DNA of 64,000 nucleotides, taken from positions 2,606-66,605 of the forward strand of contig WFTS01000024.1 of the NCBI GenBank assembly GCA_015485385.1, read 5' to 3'. Source of the DNA: Kordiimonadales bacterium (GTDB lineage Bacteria; Pseudomonadota; Alphaproteobacteria; Sphingomonadales; Kordiimonadaceae). Shown piece after piece: positions 39,531 to 48,160 of this stretch (positions are counted from its first letter, which is position 1; every line of letters starts with the position of its first letter). The notes beneath the pieces were generated by a model that saw only the letters and a list, made by a program, of their open reading frames with translations, did no database searches and had not been told where the DNA came from. A program made the translations under genes and the position numbers.

Positions 39531-40772
39531 CTACTCCGTTGGTGCCGCGCGGAAAACGTCTTCGTTAAATTCATCTTCCCATTTCGCAACAGCTGTTGCA
39601 ACGGACAAATCGCCTGTGACATTTACCACGGTGCGCAGCATGTCTAGCGGTCGATCAAACGGGAATAAGAAGCCCACAACCAGCGCGGTTTGGGCTGCGT
39701 CAACACCAATGACCTGCAAGACTGTCGCCATCAAAAACAGAGACGCGGAAGGAACTGCCGCTGTCCCGATGGATACAAATGTAGTCGATAATGCGATCAT
39801 CACATATTCGGCTAGCCCTAAGTGGATGCCAAAAGCTTGGGCGGCAAAAACGGCTACAATTCCCACATATACGGCTGTGCCATCCATATTGATGGTTGAT
39901 CCAAGTGGTAGCACACTTGAAGCGACTGGCGTTTTGATGCCCAAGTTGTCTTCAGCAACTGAAATTGTCACAGGCAGTGTTGCTGAGCTTGACGAGGTAG
40001 AAAAAGCGACCAACTGCGCGCCACGGGCGCCTTGAAAAAAGCGACCTGCTGGTAGCTTAAGGATGAATTTCATAATAGAGCCATGAACAATAAGCATATG
40101 CAGTATGCAGCCGCCCACAACCGCCACGACCAAAGGCATAACCGAGAATAGCTTGGTAATGCCGCCTGTACCAACCATGCCTGCTATTAATGCAAAGACG
40201 CCAAAAGGTGCTACCTCCATTACTAAGTGGGTAATTTTCAGCATAACTTCAGAACCGGCATCAAATAGAGTGGCTATAGGCTTACCCTTGGCGCCGGTTA
40301 ACATGATGCCTGCGCCTAAGAGGATGGAGAAAAAGATAATTGCCAGCATTTTGCCTTGAGCAAGGGCTGCGATGGGGTTGGTCGGGATTATACTAGCAAT
40401 GCCGCTCCCAAGGGTGCTGGTATCAGGCAGGTCGCGTGACGTTGATCCTAGGTCCACGCCTGCGCCGGGTTGAAGCAATGCAGCTAAACTCAGGCCTATA
40501 ACGATGGCGAAGGCTGTGGTGCCGATATACATGCCCATCGTTCTGGCGCCTAATGAGCCAAGCTTTTTAGGGTCCCCCATCGCGATAATGCCTGAAACGA
40601 GGGTAACGAACACTAGGGGCACAACAACCATGCGGATCAGGCGGATGAACACATCTCCAAGCCACGCGATGCTGGTGGCGCCTTCTCCCCAAATTTGTCC
40701 GACAATAATGCCAAGGACTAGCATCCCCATGATGCGTTTCCAAAGTGTAGTTTCAAACCAAGTCTTCAACAT
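39531..40772 (-). CDS. Dicarboxylate/amino acid:cation (DAACS) symporter
   Basis: FSTSSSSATLP, PLGSTINMDG, DRPLDMLRTVVNVTGD. Start placed at MLKTWF. Confidence 0.92.
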   Translation of the reverse strand: MLKTWFETTLWKRIMGMLVLGIIVGQIWGEGATSIAWLGDVFIRLIRMVVVPLVFVTLVSGIIAMGDPKKLGSLGARTMGMYIGTTAFAIVIGLSLAALLQPGAGVDLGSTSRDLPDTSTLGSGIASIIPTNPIAALAQGKMLAIIFFSILLGAGIMLTGAKGKPIATLFDAGSEVMLKITHLVMEVAPFGVFALIAGMVGTGGITKLFSVMPLVVAVVGGCILHMLIVHGSIMKFILKLPAGRFFQGARGAQLVAFSTSSSSATLPVTISVAEDNLGIKTPVASSVLPLGSTINMDGTAVYVGIVAVFAAQAFGIHLGLAEYVMIALSTTFVSIGTAAVPSASLFLMATVLQVIGVDAAQTALVVGFLFPFDRPLDMLRTVVNVTGDLSVATAVAKWEDEFNEDVFRAAPTE

Positions 40773-40993
40773 GTGGGTTCCCTCCCCGAGAAATTTGGCG
40801 CTAAGGGTTAAGCTTTTCCGCGCCTTTGGCAAGCGAATTAGCAGGATTTTCCCAATATGGATAGACCGTTCGTCTAAAGCATACTAGGTGAGCCATCTCA
40901 TCTAAGGTCAGCCGTGGGTATTTTACCCCTATCTCAAATAGAAAAAGCTGAATTAAATTAAAATCTTAGCCAAATTTTCAGTGTATTTTTTCC

Positions 40994-41009
40994 TTAAACA
41001 TTCGTTCAC
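40994..41009 (+). promoter_or_regulatory. CtrA-like box (1 mismatch)
   Basis: TTAA-ACATTCG-TTCAC, about 50 bp upstream of the 41061 ORF. Confidence 0.35.
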
Positions 41010-41060
41010 ATCTAAAGCGCAGGCTGATTGCAGGTGTAAGCGAATCGACAGGAGAAAACT

Positions 41061-41612
41061 ATGGGCCACCAAACTTGGAGGTTGGCTGCTGCGCTTCTGA
41101 TTATGTGCTTGGGTGTGACCACAGAGCAGGCGGTAATGGGCAGTGATGGTTTTAAGAAATGTATCAAGAGTAAAGAAGTTATAGCAGACAAAATGCGCTT
41201 TATTGAAACCCAGTTGCGTGTTGCGGTTCTACAGTGCAAAAGTGTTAAAAATGCAGATTTACCTCTGTTGTATAATGATTTTATTCGGGAAAATCGACCA
41301 TTTTTGGTGAGAACACAGGCCCCACTATTGGCCTATTTGAAGCGGGGGGGCAAACAGCCGCAATTGGTTGAACCTAAGACAGCCGCCAAGGTTAGGGCTT
41401 TGCTAACGCCTCAAGAATTGCTGGATAATTATATTCATTATGTTTCTAAAAGGGTCTCTAGCAAAAGTATAAGCGTGCCCCAGTTCTGTGAACGCGCACA
41501 AGAGGCAGCAGAAACTTTAGTGAAAGCCACCACATATCCTATTTCGATACTTGATATGCTGCCAGTTACATACCGGCGACCTGCGGACTATTGCAAAACA
41601 AGGCAAGGGTAA
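41061..41612 (+). CDS. Hypothetical secreted protein
   Basis: AGGAGA RBS, an N-terminal signal-like segment, four Cys in the mature part, no recognisable catalytic motif. Confidence 0.7.
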   Translation: MGHQTWRLAAALLIMCLGVTTEQAVMGSDGFKKCIKSKEVIADKMRFIETQLRVAVLQCKSVKNADLPLLYNDFIRENRPFLVRTQAPLLAYLKRGGKQPQLVEPKTAAKVRALLTPQELLDNYIHYVSKRVSSKSISVPQFCERAQEAAETLVKATTYPISILDMLPVTYRRPADYCKTRQG

Positions 41613-41667
41613 AAACAAAGTAGGATAAACGGTGTAAGTGATGATTTTGTATGGACGATAAACAAAT

Positions 41668-41697
41668 AAAGGCCCGGAACTTAAGCTCCGGGCCTTT
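41668..41697. terminator. Bidirectional terminator between the hypothetical gene and tRNA-Asn
   Basis: AAAGGCCCGGA-ACTTAAGC-TCCGGGCCTTT, a perfect 11-bp inverted repeat. Confidence 0.85.
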
Positions 41698-41701
41698 GAA
41701 T

Positions 41702-41777
41702 TGGCTCCGCCTGCTGGGCTCGAACCAGCGACAAGCTGATTAACAGTCAGCTGCTCTACCAACTGAGCTAAGGCGGA
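41702..41777 (-). tRNA. tRNA-Asn (GTT), CCA encoded
   Basis: TCCGCCT/AGGCGGA acceptor stem, GCTGA-CTGTTAA-TCAGC anticodon arm, TTCGAGC T-loop, 76 nt. Confidence 0.97.
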
Positions 41778-41819
41778 TCAATATCGCGCCGGCACACTGT
41801 GCCGCGTTGGAGTGACGCC

Positions 41820-41847
41820 TTTATACTGAAAAAAAATCGTCTGCCAA
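41820..41847 (-). promoter_or_regulatory. Putative sigma70 promoter of tRNA-Asn
   Basis: Minus strand TTGGCA-16 nt-TATAAA. Confidence 0.4.
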
Positions 41848-42030
41848 GCCCAAAATTACATTTTTGCAAAATAGCCATGCGGCACTCTGTATTTCTCAAA
41901 ACTCACATATGCATCACACTAAGCTAGGCTACAGTGTTTGTTGATATCATCGGGCCCGGCCAACTAGCGCAGCTGTAAATGGGAACGGTGTTGGACAATC
42001 GGAAAAAATAATGTCATACAGTCATAAAAT

Positions 42031-42044
42031 TGACAGCGTTGTCA
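42031..42044. promoter_or_regulatory. LacI-family operator upstream of the sugar porter
   Basis: TGACAGCGTTGTCA is a near-perfect dyad with the central CG typical of LacI/GalR sites, 55 bp before the ATG. Confidence 0.65.
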
Positions 42045-42099
42045 GGGGCTCTTAGAGCTCGATATAATCGACAATTCAGTGGCTAATAGGGGGATACTA

Positions 42100-43530
42100 A
42101 TGGCTTCAGATAAAACGGAAACCACGTCAGGCGCAGAGCCTGTTACAAACATGGGCATGATAGTGCTGATCACAATTGTGGCCACACTGGGGGGCTTTTT
42201 GTTTGGCTTTGATAGCGGTGTAATAAATGGCACATATGATGGTTTGCAAGCGGCTTTTGGTAGCAGCGTTGCGGGCGGCGGCTTTAATGTTGCGTCTATG
42301 CTTTTGGGCTGTGCTATGGGGGCTTTTCTCGCGGGATGGCTGGCGGATAAGTTTGGACGTCGGACAATCTTATTGGTTGCGGCGGTGTTTTTCATTATCA
42401 GCGCTTGGGGCTCTGGTATTGCGGTCACCTCTGGGGAATTTATCTTATATCGATTAATTGGGGGATTCGGAGTTGGAGCAGCCAGTGTTTTGGCTCCCGC
42501 TTATATTAGCGAGCTTGCCCCTGCGGCGTACCGGGGTCGCCTAACAACTTTGCAGCAGATAGCGATCATTGTTGGTTTGTTCAGTGCCTTTGTTAGCAAT
42601 TACCTACTCGCTGAAAGTGCGGGCGGTTCTGTGTCCGTCGCCTGGATGGGCTTTGAAGCTTGGCGCTGGATGTTTTGGATGGAACTCGTACCGGCAGTCA
42701 TTTTTCTTTTAGCCCTTTTAACCATTCCAGAAAGCCCAAGGTATTTGGTGCTGTCGGGTGCCAGAGACAAAGCCTTGGCAATTCTTGCGCGTTTATTCGC
42801 AGGGGCAGCTGCTACGATGGTGGCGGATATTGATGCCTCACTGGCGAGGGACCATCACAAGCCACGTTTTTCAGACCTGCTTGATACCGCCAATGGCAAA
42901 GTACGTAAGATTGTATGGGTCGGTATAGGTCTCGCCTCCTTCCAGCAGTTGGTCGGCATAAATGTGGTCTTTTATTATGGCGCAGTTTTGTGGCAGGCCG
43001 TTGGGTTTTCTGAGAGCGATGCACTGTTGATCAATATCATATCAGCCGGGCTAAGCATTGCTGCTTGTGTGGTAACTGTGCTGCTGGTGGATAAAATTGG
43101 TCGAAAGCCACTGTTGTGGGTTGGGTCATTGGGAATGGCCGTCACCTTGAGCTTGGTTGCCTTTGCCTTCAGTACAGGCACAATTGCAGCAGACGGCACC
43201 TTGCAGCTATCAGATGCTATGGGGACACTCGCTTTGGTGGCAGCGAATTTATATGTAGTGTTTTTCAATGGGTCATGGGGGCCTGTGATGTGGGTGATGC
43301 TTGGCGAAATGTTTCCGAACCAGATCAGAGGATCAGGCCTTGCAGTTGCGGGCCTTGTTCAGTGGGGCACCAATTTTGCGATCACAATGACCTTCCCTAT
43401 GATGTTGGCATCAATAGGCCTTGCAGGTGCATACGGTTTTTATGCCTTTAGTGCGTTTGTATCGGTGTGGTTTGTCTTGAAAATGGTGCATGAAACCAAG
43501 GGGCTGACCCTGGAAGAAATGGAAGGCTGA
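42100..43530 (+). CDS. Sugar porter family MFS transporter (GlcP/XylE-like)
   Basis: LFGFDSGVING, DKFGRR, YISELAP...RG, PESPR, QQLVGINVVFYY, WGPVMWVMLGEMFP, ETKGLTLEE. Confidence 0.94.
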   Translation: MASDKTETTSGAEPVTNMGMIVLITIVATLGGFLFGFDSGVINGTYDGLQAAFGSSVAGGGFNVASMLLGCAMGAFLAGWLADKFGRRTILLVAAVFFIISAWGSGIAVTSGEFILYRLIGGFGVGAASVLAPAYISELAPAAYRGRLTTLQQIAIIVGLFSAFVSNYLLAESAGGSVSVAWMGFEAWRWMFWMELVPAVIFLLALLTIPESPRYLVLSGARDKALAILARLFAGAAATMVADIDASLARDHHKPRFSDLLDTANGKVRKIVWVGIGLASFQQLVGINVVFYYGAVLWQAVGFSESDALLINIISAGLSIAACVVTVLLVDKIGRKPLLWVGSLGMAVTLSLVAFAFSTGTIAADGTLQLSDAMGTLALVAANLYVVFFNGSWGPVMWVMLGEMFPNQIRGSGLAVAGLVQWGTNFAITMTFPMMLASIGLAGAYGFYAFSAFVSVWFVLKMVHETKGLTLEEMEG

Positions 43531-43592
43531 CACACATCAGAGTGCGGACTTCATTTTTTGAGCGTTCTTGAAGAGCCACACAGGGAAGTAAG

Positions 43593-43666
43593 TGGAGGCG
43601 CGAACGAGAATCGAACTCGTGTACACGGATTTGCAATCCGTTGCGTCACCACTCCGCCATCGCGCC
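43593..43666 (-). tRNA. tRNA-Cys (GCA), CCA encoded
   Basis: GGCGCGA/TCGCGCC acceptor stem, CGGAT-TGCAA-ATCCG anticodon arm, TTCGATT T-loop, 74 nt. Confidence 0.97.
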
Positions 43667-43684
43667 TCGCTAGTGGGTGAAAGA

Positions 43685-43713
43685 CGTATAGGGCTGCGTC
43701 TTTTAAGGGTCAA
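43685..43713 (-). promoter_or_regulatory. Putative sigma70 promoter of tRNA-Cys
   Basis: Minus strand TTGACC-17 nt-TATACG. The -10 lacks the final T, as is common in alphaproteobacteria. Confidence 0.5.
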
Positions 43714-43847
43714 GCGGCTTTTTATGTAAGCTCAGCAGTTTTTACTTTGTTTTTCAGCAATAGGGGCGAAAATTCATTGTTTCTTATGAACCTAATATCT
43801 ATAAAGCGAGGCAGGATAGCTTAGCCATAAAGTGAAGGTGAAATGCC

Positions 43848-44501
43848 GTGAGCGATTTTGCAACTGCGCGTACCAGCATGATTGACTGTCAACTTCGTCC
43901 AAACGAAGTGAATGATGACCGTATTATTGAGGCCATTCGGGCTGTTCCTCGGGAATTTTATGTCCCGAAAGCCAAACGGTCTATCGCCTATGTTGACGAA
44001 GATATCGAAGTCTCCGATGGGCGTTTCTTGATGGAGCCGGTGATATTCGCAAAATTGCTTGTGGCTGCGGATGTAAAACCGAATGATTTGGTTCTAGATG
44101 TTGGCTGTGCCACAGGTTATTCGTCGGCGGTACTTGCAGGCCTGTCGGATGCGGTTGTCGCCCTTGAGGAAGATAGCTCACTGTCTGCTATAGCGGAAAA
44201 AAAGCTAGGGGAGCAGGGCATCATGAATGTGGCCGTGGTTACTGGCGCACTACACTCGGGTGTTTTAAAGCAAGGGCCTTACGATGTGATCTATATCGAA
44301 GGTGCAATTGACGAGGTACCCCAAAAGTTAGTTAAACAGCTTAAAGATGGTGGCCGCTTGGTATGTGTCCTACTTGAAGGTGGTGTGGGCAGGGGCCATA
44401 TCATTGAAATGCACGACGGCAAAGCATCGGCTCGGAACTTGTTTGATGCCAATGTTGAACCGTTACCGGGTTTTACCCGCAAAGAAGCGTTTGTATTTTA
44501 A
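43848..44501 (+). CDS. pcm: Protein-L-isoaspartate O-methyltransferase family
   Basis: VPREFYVP, VLDVGCATGYSSA, YDVIYIEGA; lies in the conserved pcm-tolC-popZ order. Confidence 0.88.
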   Translation: MSDFATARTSMIDCQLRPNEVNDDRIIEAIRAVPREFYVPKAKRSIAYVDEDIEVSDGRFLMEPVIFAKLLVAADVKPNDLVLDVGCATGYSSAVLAGLSDAVVALEEDSSLSAIAEKKLGEQGIMNVAVVTGALHSGVLKQGPYDVIYIEGAIDEVPQKLVKQLKDGGRLVCVLLEGGVGRGHIIEMHDGKASARNLFDANVEPLPGFTRKEAFVF

Positions 44502-44668
44502 ACAGGTGCATATTTGCCATCATGCTTTACTGCTTTGTACCCTTAAAGCCCGTAGGCATTGATATAGGTTTTATATATGCCAAGGTTAGCCAGAGGAAAC
44601 ACTCTGGAGAAAACTTTGGCCAAGAAAATAAAAAATAAACATAAAACGACAGTGAGGAGCTCAAGGAG

Positions 44669-46006
44669 ATGAAAATGAAAAAGGGGATTGTGTCCCTGAT
44701 GGCGATAGCCACAGTGATGACAGGATCGTATGCAGTTTCAGCAGATACGTTGGCTGAGGCGCTAGCTGCCGCTTATTCATCAAACCCGCAGTTGATGGCA
44801 CAACGTGCCGCCCTAAGGGCTACCGATGAAGGTGTGAAGCGGGCCAGATCTGGCTTCATGCCTGACTTTAGCGGTAGTTATACATATTCTGAGACGAAGC
44901 GGGATATTACGCCAGATGGTTTGCCTACAATTGCAAGTCCATCAACAAGTGATGGCTATTCAGTAACCGCTTCCCAGAATTTATTTCGCGGATTCCAAGA
45001 TAAAAATAATGTAGACCAAGCGAAAATGACTGTGAAGGCTGGCCGAGCACAACTTCAATCTGTTGAGCAAAGAATTCTGCTTGAGGCTGTAACCGCTTAT
45101 ATGAATGTTGTTCGGGATGAAGCGACGGTTAGGTTGCGGCTCAATAATATTCAGGTGTTGGAACGCCAGCTGCAAGCGAGCCAAGATCGGTTTAGGGTTG
45201 GAGAAGTAACCCGTACTGACGTGGCACAGTCTGAAGCGCGCTTAGAGAATGCCAAATCGGCCTTATTATCTGCTGAGGCGGCACTAGGGGCTAGTCGCGC
45301 ACAGTACCGTAGGGTTGTTGGACAAACACCGGGTACATTGGAAACTCCGCGCCACAAGCCGGAACTGCCAGTAAATTTGGATGCGGCTATAGAAACAGCC
45401 ATGCAACTAAGTCCAGGTGTGCTGACTGCTAAACATAATGAAGCCGCTGCGCAATTTGCAGTGAAGACGGCTAAAGGTGCATTATTACCGTCCGTTGGCC
45501 TTCAGGCATCTTTTTCCGAGATAGATTCTACTGGTATCAATACCAGCACGCTGCAAACACGTGCTTCAAATACCAAATCATCCACGGTTGGCGTCCGAGT
45601 TACTGTGCCTCTATATGCTGGCGGGTCGCGTTACAGTGATATTCGCAGAGCAAAGGAAGTGCGCAGCCAGCGTTTAATGGATATCCGTCAAGCAGAGCGT
45701 GTCGCGCAAGAGAATGTATTTGTTGCTTGGGATCGCTACCGTGCTGCTGTGGGGCAGATAAAATCAACAGAAGCTTCTGTGCGGGCGAACCAGATTGCAC
45801 TCGAAGGCGTGAAGCAAGAAGCTTATGTCGGGTCGCGCACCACACTGGAAGTATTGAATGCTGAGCAGGAACTATTGAATGCACAGGTGTCGCTTGTTCG
45901 GGCAACTCGTGATGAAATGGTTGCGGCCTATAGTTTGGTTTCTGCAACGGGGAAATTAACCGCACGCGATCTTGGCCTTGGCGTAGATGTTTATGCTGAT
46001 AAGTAG
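44669..46006 (+). CDS. tolC: TolC family outer-membrane channel
   Basis: Signal peptide, FRVGEVTRTDVAQ, VGSRTTLEVLNAEQ, duplicated OEP repeats. Confidence 0.9.
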   Translation: MKMKKGIVSLMAIATVMTGSYAVSADTLAEALAAAYSSNPQLMAQRAALRATDEGVKRARSGFMPDFSGSYTYSETKRDITPDGLPTIASPSTSDGYSVTASQNLFRGFQDKNNVDQAKMTVKAGRAQLQSVEQRILLEAVTAYMNVVRDEATVRLRLNNIQVLERQLQASQDRFRVGEVTRTDVAQSEARLENAKSALLSAEAALGASRAQYRRVVGQTPGTLETPRHKPELPVNLDAAIETAMQLSPGVLTAKHNEAAAQFAVKTAKGALLPSVGLQASFSEIDSTGINTSTLQTRASNTKSSTVGVRVTVPLYAGGSRYSDIRRAKEVRSQRLMDIRQAERVAQENVFVAWDRYRAAVGQIKSTEASVRANQIALEGVKQEAYVGSRTTLEVLNAEQELLNAQVSLVRATRDEMVAAYSLVSATGKLTARDLGLGVDVYADK

Positions 46007-46083
46007 GGCTAAACTTTTGGTTAAACCGGAGATTATGTGAAAACTTATCGGTAAATACTTACGCCGAACAGGATGAGATTAAG

Positions 46084-46111
46084 AAAGGGAGCCGTACGGT
46101 TCCCTTTTTTT
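46084..46111 (+). terminator. Intrinsic terminator after tolC
   Basis: AAAGGGAGCC-GTAC-GGTTCCCTTTTTTT. Confidence 0.8.
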
Positions 46112-46237
46112 ATGGTGAGAACGTGGCAGAAATACACACTCTTGGGGCTTAACTGCCTTTGATTGTTTAAGAATTATTGACAGGGGAACCGCTAAAAGTT
46201 AGTTGTTTCATAGGGATTATCTAACAGTGGCTGTTCA

Positions 46238-46816
46238 ATGAGCGACAACGCATCCGATGATGAACCGACTATGGAAGAGATTTTGGCGTCTATTCGCCGA
46301 ATAATTTCTGACGAGTCCGACGATGAAGCAATCGAAGACGAGGGCGATGGTGGGCTTGAGGATGAAGCTGAGCCTGAGGTGGAATCTGTTCCAGAGCCAG
46401 AGCCAGAGCCGGAACCAGAGCCTGAACCTGAGCCGGCCCCTGAACCAGACCCAGCCCCTGAACCTGAGCCAGAGCCAGAGCCTGAGCCCGTTGTGTTTAA
46501 TGAGCCTGCGGCAGAACCATTTGCTCCGGCTCCAGCCCCAGAACCTGAAGAAGATGTGTTTGAATTAACGGACTTTGCATCCGAAGGCGATGTGGAGGCA
46601 ATCGTTTCACCGCCGGTAGAAACTGAGGCGGCGATGAGCTTTTCTCATTTGTCTCACATGATGGTTGCTGGGTATGACGGTGCCGATAATACGCTTGAAG
46701 CGCTTGTTCGCACCATGCTGAAACCTATGTTGCAGGGGTGGCTGGACCAAAACTTGCCGCAAATCGTGCAGGATGCTGTGGAACGAGAAGTTGCCCGAAT
46801 CGCTCGTCGTAAATAG
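46238..46816 (+). CDS. popZ: Polar organizing protein PopZ (DUF2497)
   Basis: N-terminal [15 protein letters not shown], an acidic Pro/Glu linker and C-terminal [23 protein letters not shown]. Confidence 0.93.
   Translation: MSDNASDDEPTMEEILASIRRIISDESDDEAIEDEGDGGLEDEAEPEVESVPEPEPEPEPEPEPEPAPEPDPAPEPEPEPEPEPVVFNEPAAEPFAPAPAPEPEEDVFELTDFASEGDVEAIVSPPVETEAAMSFSHLSHMMVAGYDGADNTLEALVRTMLKPMLQGWLDQNLPQIVQDAVEREVARIARRK
46391..46489 (+). repeat. (Pro-Glu)n coding microrepeat in the PopZ linker
   Basis: Repeated CCAGAG/CCTGAA/CCTGAG hexamers encoding PEPEPE. Confidence 0.85.
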
Positions 46817-46895
46817 CATACCATTCGTCTTAGATCATACCGTTCGTCATAGATAACGTGTCGTTCGACATCTAGAACATACTCGCGTCGCAAAT
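46804..46895. repeat. Degenerate ~20-bp tandem direct repeats at the popZ 3' end
   Basis: CATACCATTCGTCTTAGAT (46817-46835) and CATACCGTTCGTCATAGAT (46836-46854) match at 17/19. TCGTC-like cores lie at 46804, 46825, 46844, 46865 and 46885. Confidence 0.65.
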
Positions 46896-46974
46896 AAGTA
46901 ATCATTCAGCCTATGGTTTTTCTAACCAAGCTATGACTTTGTGTCCCTATATAAACTTGATATGACCTTACTGC

Positions 46975-48039
46975 TTACTGTAGGCCGCGATCATCCCCAG
47001 CATGAATGATCAACGTTGGAAAAACAGGCATGTCTGGATAATATGTTTTCACATCGAACATTTCATTGTTGGGTGTGTAGACGATACCGTCAATGATTTG
47101 TAGAGGTTCCCCGCTGGCACCGTAAACCGGGGTCATCAGGAGCTGGGCCCTTGTAAAATCAATTACATGTCGGTACTGCGCCAAAAGAGACGCTCCTACA
47201 AGCCCATCACGTTTCAGTAGCTGATCAGGAACTTTCTTCGCTATGAAAACGGGAATGTTATTGAATGTTAATTCCCCAAATATTAATTTTATATGGCTTA
47301 TAATACCTTGGCTGTTCTCATTTCTAGATACTATTTGGCCCTGAAGTGTTGCTTGGCGGTAGTGTCGCTTACTCCATAAAACCATGCTGCCAGGATAGCC
47401 TGTATCTAACAAGAGCGCCTTTCTTGTTTTATGGTCTTCCCACGGCATTTGTGAATACAGAATAAGGTGCGGAGTGTGCCCCTCCATATTGAGTTTGGCC
47501 TTGGAATTATAATATTTAGAAAGGTCCGTGCCCGGTGTGTATAGCCAAAGTTTTTTTACCCCGGGGTCAATTTCAACCGTATAGTTTCGAAAAAAATCTT
47601 GCCCTAATATTACATCATATTCAGCCTCTAACTGAGTGTTAACCAAGGCCTCATCCTTGATCAAAAGCCCGCCCCGACTAGTAAATTCAAAATTACCAGC
47701 CCGTATTGTTACCGATTTTATGCGTTGCCCAAGGATTGAACGCCCAACAGCGGGAAAACCGATCACGGCTTCACCGTCTATCTTAGGGCGAAAAGCCTGA
47801 AGCTTTTCAGAATGAAAAAATATTGTACTGGTAGCCCCTGTATCAAGAAGCGCATTCAAGGGAACACCGTCTGCTGTCAGTTTAAACTGGATACGGTTGT
47901 TCAGGATTGAAATTGACAGTTCAGCCAGTGGGGCGGGTTTTAATTTTTTGCTGGTCTGATCTTTTGCAGCAGCCGCCGCGCCCGTCCAAATTAAACATAA
48001 AATCCAAGCAAGCTTTAGCGGGTATGAAACAGTTTTCAT
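46975..48039 (-). CDS. Secreted aspartyl protease with two retropepsin-like domains (paralog A)
   Basis: Signal peptide (WTGAAAAA); ALLDTGATST...DVILGQDFF and LLLDTGYPGS...DGLVGASLL. Start placed at MKTVSY (48051 is an alternative). Confidence 0.8.
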   Translation of the reverse strand: MKTVSYPLKLAWILCLIWTGAAAAAKDQTSKKLKPAPLAELSISILNNRIQFKLTADGVPLNALLDTGATSTIFFHSEKLQAFRPKIDGEAVIGFPAVGRSILGQRIKSVTIRAGNFEFTSRGGLLIKDEALVNTQLEAEYDVILGQDFFRNYTVEIDPGVKKLWLYTPGTDLSKYYNSKAKLNMEGHTPHLILYSQMPWEDHKTRKALLLDTGYPGSMVLWSKRHYRQATLQGQIVSRNENSQGIISHIKLIFGELTFNNIPVFIAKKVPDQLLKRDGLVGASLLAQYRHVIDFTRAQLLMTPVYGASGEPLQIIDGIVYTPNNEMFDVKTYYPDMPVFPTLIIHAGDDRGLQ

Positions 48040-48160
48040 AATAACTATCATACTGTTTTTATGCGAAAAAATCAATTTCTTGGCGCTAAACTTTAGTCCA
48101 GGAATTTGGGCTTTAAGATATGGTGACTTTTCAGTTTGCTTTCGAGAAGCTACTTCGAGG

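Noticed and set aside
41061-43666. Genomic island integrated at tRNA-Asn or tRNA-Cys
   Set aside because: There is no integrase, no duplicated tRNA 3' end (att site) and no mobile-element gene.
44580-44619. Hairpin CCAAGGTT..CCAGAG-GAAACA-CTCTGG..AACTTTGG in the tolC leader resembling a glycine riboswitch (CTCTGGAGA)
   Set aside because: It lacks the CCGAAG and CTCAGG core elements, and the gene context is wrong. It is probably just a stabilising or terminating stem.
46391-46489. Hexamer repeat as a VNTR, contingency locus or CRISPR
   Set aside because: It is the in-frame Pro-Glu linker expected in PopZ.
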